Origin: Catajapyx aquilonaris | Taxonomy: Eukaryota | Assembly (NCBI GenBank): GCA_000934665.2 | Contig: KZ538835.1 | Span: 62,001-99,714 of the forward strand | Direction of reading: 5' to 3' | DNA: 37,714 nucleotides | Shown here: positions 32,401 through 37,714 of the stretch, piece after piece | Layout of the letters: each line of letters begins with the position of its first letter | Numbering within the stretch: position 1 is the first letter of the stretch | Notes under the pieces: model-generated | The model's input: only the letters and a program-made list of their open reading frames with translations | Told to the model about the DNA's origin: nothing | Databases searched by the model: none | Made by a program: the position numbers and the translations under genes

Positions 32401-35400
32401 TTTGGTGATCAACATGCCAGTGTTTGGACTTAATTTCAATAATTTACAGGCTATGTTGTAACTCTGAAACCTGTTTTTGAAGGGTAGTTCATAATGGTAT
32501 ACTTACATTGATTTTATAAAGTACGCAGGTCACCCGGGGTTGCCCGGGTGTATTGTGGTAGTGGTTGGGGTATGTAAGAATGAAATACACTTCATATAAC
32601 TTACATATAATAGTACTGTGTATTTCATTATACATTATACATTAGCTACAGTATTTTTAATCGTGTAATCATTTTTCCAAGTCTCAATTAATTTTCCTTT
32701 TGTGTCTTATAGATGAAGATGGAGATGTGCCTCCTGAAGCCCTCATTTCCAAGTACCACCTTCAAGACCTCTGCAGTGAGGCTGCCAAACTGAAAGCGAG
32801 AAGAGCAATGGAATCGATTCCTCCTGAGAGGCTTGTGAGGCTCTTGGGCATCTTGGAGAAAAATATCAGGGATGGAGCCAAAGTATCTCCTATTGCAGAT
32901 CCTGTGAGTATGATTACCAATAAAATCCTGACAGTTTTGCTCTGATGAGAGTAAATTGTTGAGTCACTTGATTTGAATATGTTATTATAGGGCAGTGCAT
33001 TGAAATACAGGAGGTAGATTTATTGCAATTTGATGGCAGGGATTTTAAAAAAAACTTAGCACATGGTGCACTTCCTCAGTTGACTGGTCCGTAAGGTTGA
33101 AATGTTTCCAGGGTGGGGATCCAGTTTGTAAAGGTGTGATGTCAGAAAATGTAGGAGCTCCACACCCTCTTAACATGAAAGACAGTCCCAAGATTTAGCC
33201 TTAAATGTACAGTTACATGAAAATGCCCACCTGAAGGATCAGGACATGGTTATAGAAGACTCAGGTTAGGTCACTCCCCACCCACCCCCTGCCATAGGGT
33301 TTTGCAGCGGGTGCTCACCTGAGACCGCCATGAGACATTTCCCAGAGCAATTACGTGGTGACCCTACCGGAGTAGGCTGAACTTTATAGGTACAAAAGGG
33401 AAGCGCTACATGTGGGCCCAACATGGTCGCCCAGTTCAGCCTACTCCGGTAGGGTCGCCACATAATTTCTCTGGGAAATGTCTCATGGCGGTCTCAGGTG
33501 ACCACCCGCTGCAAAACCCCTCTGCAGGTGATTAGCCCAGAATGTAGGGGTAGTGTCCGTGGGCTGGATCAGGCGCTGCGCTCTGAGGCACACTTCATGC
33601 ATTGTGTCAGGGGGGCCTTGAAAGAGCCTGCTGGTAGGGTGTTGCTTCTTAATGTCTGGAAAGGTCCTTGTATTTTTCAAAGTGAAATTACACGTGTCTG
33701 GTCAGAGAGCGCAGCTGTTTTTTTTTGTAGCTTTCTATGAAAACATAGTGTTTAAAGTGCTTGCTGACCCCTCCCATCACGAGCAAAGATGAAAGATGTA
33801 AAATGCAGTTGTCTAACAGGATTGAAAAATTATTTCTTTGTGAAGTTGGCTATCTACATGCACCACTTTTTACAGGATGATGATGAAGAGGAGAGCAAGC
33901 TTTGGATTGAGCTGACAATGGAGAGGGTGATGAGAGCAGTCGATGCCTCCCTCACTGCCCTCTACATAATGACATCTCCAAATATGCCGAAGAGGATATA
34001 CCTGGAAGATGTCATTGACCGAGTGGTGCTGTTTACCAAATATCAACTTCAGAACACCATTTATCCATCATTTGATCCTGTGTACAGGATTGACAATAAA
34101 GGGAAAGGTAAGAATGAATATCAAATCATTTTTAATAGCGACAAGTAATTCTTCACTAGTACCTGTCGTCAAGGCACTGCCTTAATGCGCAAAATTTTTT
34201 TTGCATATGAAAGCATTCAGGGGGAGGCAAAATGGCTGGCCATCTCACCTGGTTTCCTGGTGAATTTGACTGCATCATTGCATGATTGACGTGGCCAAGT
34301 TTTAAAAGAATTTCGATTGATGATGCCTCTTCATTGTCATGAAATGTTAAAATTCCGATTTGTTTTCCACAATGATGCGTGCTAGTGACAAGCTACTACA
34401 GGAACAGTTATTTAGCACTTAATGGCAAAAAAAAACAAACTTGCCTCAAATTTGTACAAGGGGAAAGTCTTACGGGACCTTAATTGTACACACTTACAAG
34501 ACCTCAAGTCCTCGGCAGTTCTCTGGGATAATCTTTTGCTTGTCTGGGTTCCTCCAGGAGTTGATTGATTGGGGGAGCCAAAGCAAATAATCTGGCTTAG
34601 GACAGAGTGAGCGGGGAAGAGCGGTTTAAGGCTTGATCATCGTATGTGACCCTTTCTTTCCAGATGGTTACCAAGGGAATGTACGGAAGAAGCGTGCGTA
34701 CGCAAAGGAGGTCCGTGAAAAGAGCACTCTGAGTCTGTACAACAAGCTGAATGAACTGGTTGGGCTGTTGGCAGAACTACTCAACATACAAATCCTGACT
34801 GATACCGCTGTCCTTCATGCATCTACACTTGGGGTGTCACCATTTTTTGTTGAGAACATCAGCCAGCTGCAACTTTCAGCTCTCAGGCTTGTTACTGCTG
34901 TAAGTTGGCTTCATTGTAATAGAAAATGGAAGGGAAATTTTCTGCTGCATATTTGAATTTGCAGTAATATTTCAAGTTATTTCTCTCAGGGAAGGATGTT
35001 TTTGTAGATTTAACTATTGACATAAAGTAATGTAGACACTGATGATCTTCTCTCCTCATCCTCACTAGATATTCTCCAGGTATGAAAAACATCGCCGGCT
35101 CCTACTAGATGACATCCTAGCGTCAATAGCTCGCCTGCCAAGTAGCAAACGCAGTTTGCGCACCTTCAAACTAAACACTGATGAGCACATCCAGATGCTA
35201 ACAGCTCTTGTCCTTCAGCTGATCCAATGTGTGGTTACACTTCCAAACAGGCTATGCATGCCAGCTGACTCCAAGAAGTATAAGGAAGATGGTGCCGAAC
35301 ATTCTAGCAAGCGAGAAACCATGGCAAATGTGGACAAGGATGTTCTCATAGTCACAAAGTATGATACAGCTGTTCGCACTGCAGGCAACTTCCTCACTGT

Positions 35401-37125
35401 GTTCCTAAATAAGTGTGGCAACAAGAATGAGGAGATAGACTACCGACCGTTGTTCGAGAACTTTGTGCAAGACCTACTTACTACAGTGAACAAGCCGGAG
35501 TGGCCTGCGTCTGAACTCCTCTTGAGTTTGCTGGGCAAACTTCTGGTTCAGAACTTTACCAACAAGAACCAGGACATGGCTCTGAGGGTGGCATCCCTGG
35601 ACTATCTCGGTGTGGTGGCTGCCAGGCTGAGGAAGGATGCAGTAACTTCCCAGCTTAAGGTGGACACTATCGATCAGATTATCCGGGAAATCAAGGAAGA
35701 AGAACGAAAAGACAGTGAGGAGAATGGGGTCAAGCTGGAGCCCACAGAAGAAAACCTGGAAGAGCAGAGACCTCGGTTTCTTCAAAAGGTGGGGGAATAT
35801 TTTCAAGTTATGAAGACATGTCCTAAATAACCTCTTAGGAGTACGGGGGTCCACACAGTTAAGCGAGAAAGTGTAGGGCCTAGTTTAACTGCTGCTAAAA
35901 TCAGGACTTGAAGTGAAGTTGAAAATAGATGCTAATGAATGGCTTTCCCTACCTGACCTGGCATATTATGTTTGTGTCATATTTGCATGCCACTTGTTTC
36001 ATGCGGCAGAGACTGGGATGCCCACTAGCTTGCAACTCAGAATCTGTAACAAAGAATTGCCTAGAAAATCAACACAGCTGCTGTCCCTCTAGCCAAGAAG
36101 CTGACAGCAGTTTTATAATTTTTGGTGTCTCTTGACTGTTAATTTACCATGTTATTGCTCTGTTTTCCAGGTGCTGCTGGACTTCTTGGCTGTACAAGCT
36201 CAATCAGAACAGGCACAGTTCTTCACTCGCCACTTCTACATTGCACAGTGGTACAAGGATACTGGAGCTGAGGCCACCAGGAGACGTGGTGGGGCCAGAA
36301 AGAGTGGTGCGGGTTCCAAGTCAAAAAAGAAAAAGAAAAAGCGTCGAAAGGGAGATGAGAGTGAAGAGGAGTCCAGCGAGGCAACGGAAGAGGAGGAGGA
36401 GGAGTGGGAGAAGAATCCTCAGGATGAGCAGAAAACTGCTGAGGTCATGCGGCTAGTGGAGCGACACAAGACTTTTCTGGTCAGCAAAATTTCTCCGTTC
36501 AATGATTCCACCTCCAAGAAGAGTCATGTACTACAAACTTACATAGACTACGAGAATGCTGAACTCATATCCAGGTACCTAGCTGCAGATAGACCTTTTT
36601 CGCAGAGCTTCGACATCTACCTGAATCAGGTGAGAGACTTCATTTGATTTTACATTTGAAATAGGCAGGAAAACATATTATTTTCATAATTTGGTGGTAG
36701 TTTAACGTAGTCAAAGGCATGACCTTATATTCTGCATCCATCTGTTTTGCAGTTGCAAGTTGCAGATTTTTTATTAACCCGTTAATGTGGTTAATTTCAC
36801 TGTAATACTTCAAAAGCATGGTCATGCTGTGATTGTGTTTGTTAATTATCTGCTAATAAGTATAATTTTTTGTTAACAGATCTTGCGAGTGCTTGGAGAG
36901 ACATCGATAGCAATTCGCACGAAAGCAATGAAGTGCCTTACTATGGTGGTGGAGGCTGATCCAGCAGTGTTGGGCAGAGAGGACATGCAGAGATGTATTA
37001 ACTATTCCTTCCTTGACCACTCAACGTCTGTAAGAGAAGCAGCAGTAGATCTGGTGGGGAAGTTTGTGCTCAGTAAGCCAGACCTCATCCACAAGTACTA
37101 TGACATGCTCTCCAACAGGATCTTA
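21295..37125 (+). CDS. NIPBL: Nipped-B-like cohesin loader (Scc2/NIPBL), 5' partial, 1323 codons in window; exons 21295-21358, 21685-21853, 21939-22051, 22357-23205, 31026-31165, 31254-31626, 32101-32277, 32713-32903, 33876-34107, 34664-34899, 35069-35788, 36171-36629, 36880-37125; continues past the window
   Basis: N-terminus MNGEVPSVPITTLAGIASLVDLLPEMPLPSPLPQTLCNKSLLF. HEAT-region motifs DYRPLFENFVQDLLTTVNKPEWPASELLLSLLG, LRVASLDYLG, IRTKAMKCL, SVREAAVDLVGKF. Phases match across all 12 joins (one GC-AG). Extra cassette exons in the 7.8-kb intron cannot be excluded. Confidence 0.96.
23880..24038. mobile_element. ~160-bp fold-back palindromic MITE (TA-CAG start)
   Basis: aaggattactttcaacatgaggcagagaaattagcctcca...ggtgctacct versus aggtagcacc...tggaggctaatttctctgcctcatgtggcaaggtaatcctt. 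Confidence 0.75.
24902..25064. mobile_element. ~163-bp fold-back palindromic MITE flanked by TA
   Basis: TA|cactgtaaac...gcatcactactgag...gtaatgctttt mirrored by aaaagcattac...ctcagtagtgatgc...gtttacaatg|TA. Confidence 0.75.
26358..27544. mobile_element. 1187-bp fold-back element with Tc1-type ends (TA|CAGTG...CACTG|TA), ~550-580-bp inverted arms, ~50-nt loop
   Basis: Arm 26358-~26940 is the reverse complement of ~26992-27544 along its whole length; the same peptide RQKRPVAGSSASLTRFVNSGNNG appears on both strands in the ORF track. No transposase. Confidence 0.93.
27754..28239. mobile_element. Mariner-derived palindromic relic made of two inverted transposase 3' ends
   Basis: TA|cgaggggcgttcagaaag mariner-type terminus. 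Minus strand 28038-27993 encodes VLPHPP/(frameshift)/LAPSDFHLF. The plus strand encodes WFQDSLERLPHPRCQCIRLQEGSI. Arms 27794-27895 and 28158-28239 are inverted copies. Confidence 0.82.
29358..29413. repeat. (GA)n microsatellite preceded by a single N
   Basis: Uninterrupted gagaga run of ~55 nt. Confidence 0.97.
29612..30586. mobile_element. ~975-bp non-autonomous TA-flanked DNA transposon with an internally repeated TIR motif; contains a (CT)n/CCCT microsatellite at ~29969-30050
   Basis: TA|ggggagaccggggctcagtggccc versus ggaccactccgccccgctcttcct|TA. The motif GGGGCACAGTGGTCC or its reverse complement recurs at ~29621, 29802, 29824, 30171, 30211, 30546 and 30563. Confidence 0.68.
33293..33524. 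mobile_element. ~230-bp fold-back palindromic MITE (~90-bp arms)
   Basis: gggttttgcagcgggtgctcacctgagaccgccatgagacatttcccagag...ccctaccggagtaggctgaact mirrored by agttcagcctactccggtaggg...ctctgggaaatgtctcatggcggtctcaggtgaccacccgctgcaaaaccc; no clear TSD. Confidence 0.82.
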
Positions 37126-37153
37126 GTAAGTATTTATTCACTTTTGTAATAAT

Positions 37154-37714
37154 TAAGGTAGTTCTTGCGCTAAGTCCATTTATTGACAATTTCGTGAAAA
37201 TCACACAATCCATTCCTGGGCATGTCGCACATACTCCTGTGAAGTTTCAAGAGGTTCGTCTATCTCGTTTGTGAGATATTAATTTTCAAAGTTGGGCTTC
37301 TGGCGGCCCCTTATGCATGGAGCCTTATGGGAGCTGGTCTGCGGGCAAAAAAAAAAAACATTCAGATGTTAACAAAAAACCATATTAATGTGGGGGAAAG
37401 TCGGGAGATTAATTTAGTGGCGATTTTCATAGGGGTCACCTTGGTCCTTTCCCCGCAAATCGTCACTTTGTGAGGAGCCAACTCTACAGTTGGCGTCGAA
37501 GTGGCAACGCTGTAAGCGACGGTCGTCATGGCGGCCTTCGCTCGGGATTTGAAAGTCCCGAGCCGCCTAGGTTTCAGAATGGCATGTAACTGACAAGGGA
37601 AGTGCAAGTGTTGTCCATGGAGTTTCTGAATGAAACGCCGGTCCGGTACCGTATGATTGTGTATGATTGAGTATGTGAGATTGGTCTCTGGTCTCAAGTT
37701 ATTGATCGACTAGA
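37154..37714. mobile_element. Probable DNA-transposon fragment starting TTAAGG, running off the window
   Basis: Shift to CpG-rich sequence just inside an intron; a TTAA+GG start is compatible with Kolobok-like ends; the other terminus is not visible. Confidence 0.3.

Noticed and set aside
2116..37125. U12-type introns, looked for because SNRNP35 is present
   Set aside because: None of the reconstructed donors matches RTATCCTT; all are U2-type GT-AG or GC-AG.

Overview
Eukaryotic genomic DNA from an intron-rich animal, most likely a non-dipteran arthropod or insect (inferred from the protein sequences and the CpG-poor gene bodies). I reconstructed five spliced protein-coding genes by hand, checking that splice phases match: (1) SNRNP35, the U11/U12 minor-spliceosome 35K protein (+, 2116-2895, 3 exons); (2) a stand-alone SCP2 sterol-carrier gene ending in the PTS1 AKL (-, 4711-5254); (3) Hikeshi/OPI10, the HSP70 nuclear import carrier (-, 8516-12509), with a canonical heat-shock element and TATA box upstream; (4) the full SCPx thiolase-SCP2 gene (-, 13602-17931, 8 coding exons), with an optional in-frame 36-aa extension resembling a mitochondrial presequence; (5) the 5' part of Nipped-B/NIPBL (+, 21295->37125, 13 coding exons, one GC-AG intron), head-to-head with SCPx across a CpG-rich promoter. 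The SCP2 gene duplicates the last two SCPx exons, keeps the same splice phases and has gained its own ATG micro-exon; Hikeshi lies between the two copies. Introns and intergenic DNA hold many non-autonomous DNA transposons. About ten are fold-back palindromes from different superfamilies, including a 1.19-kb Tc1-type hairpin and a mariner hairpin built from two inverted transposase 3' ends. There are also two SINE copies, microsatellites and a 140-N assembly gap.
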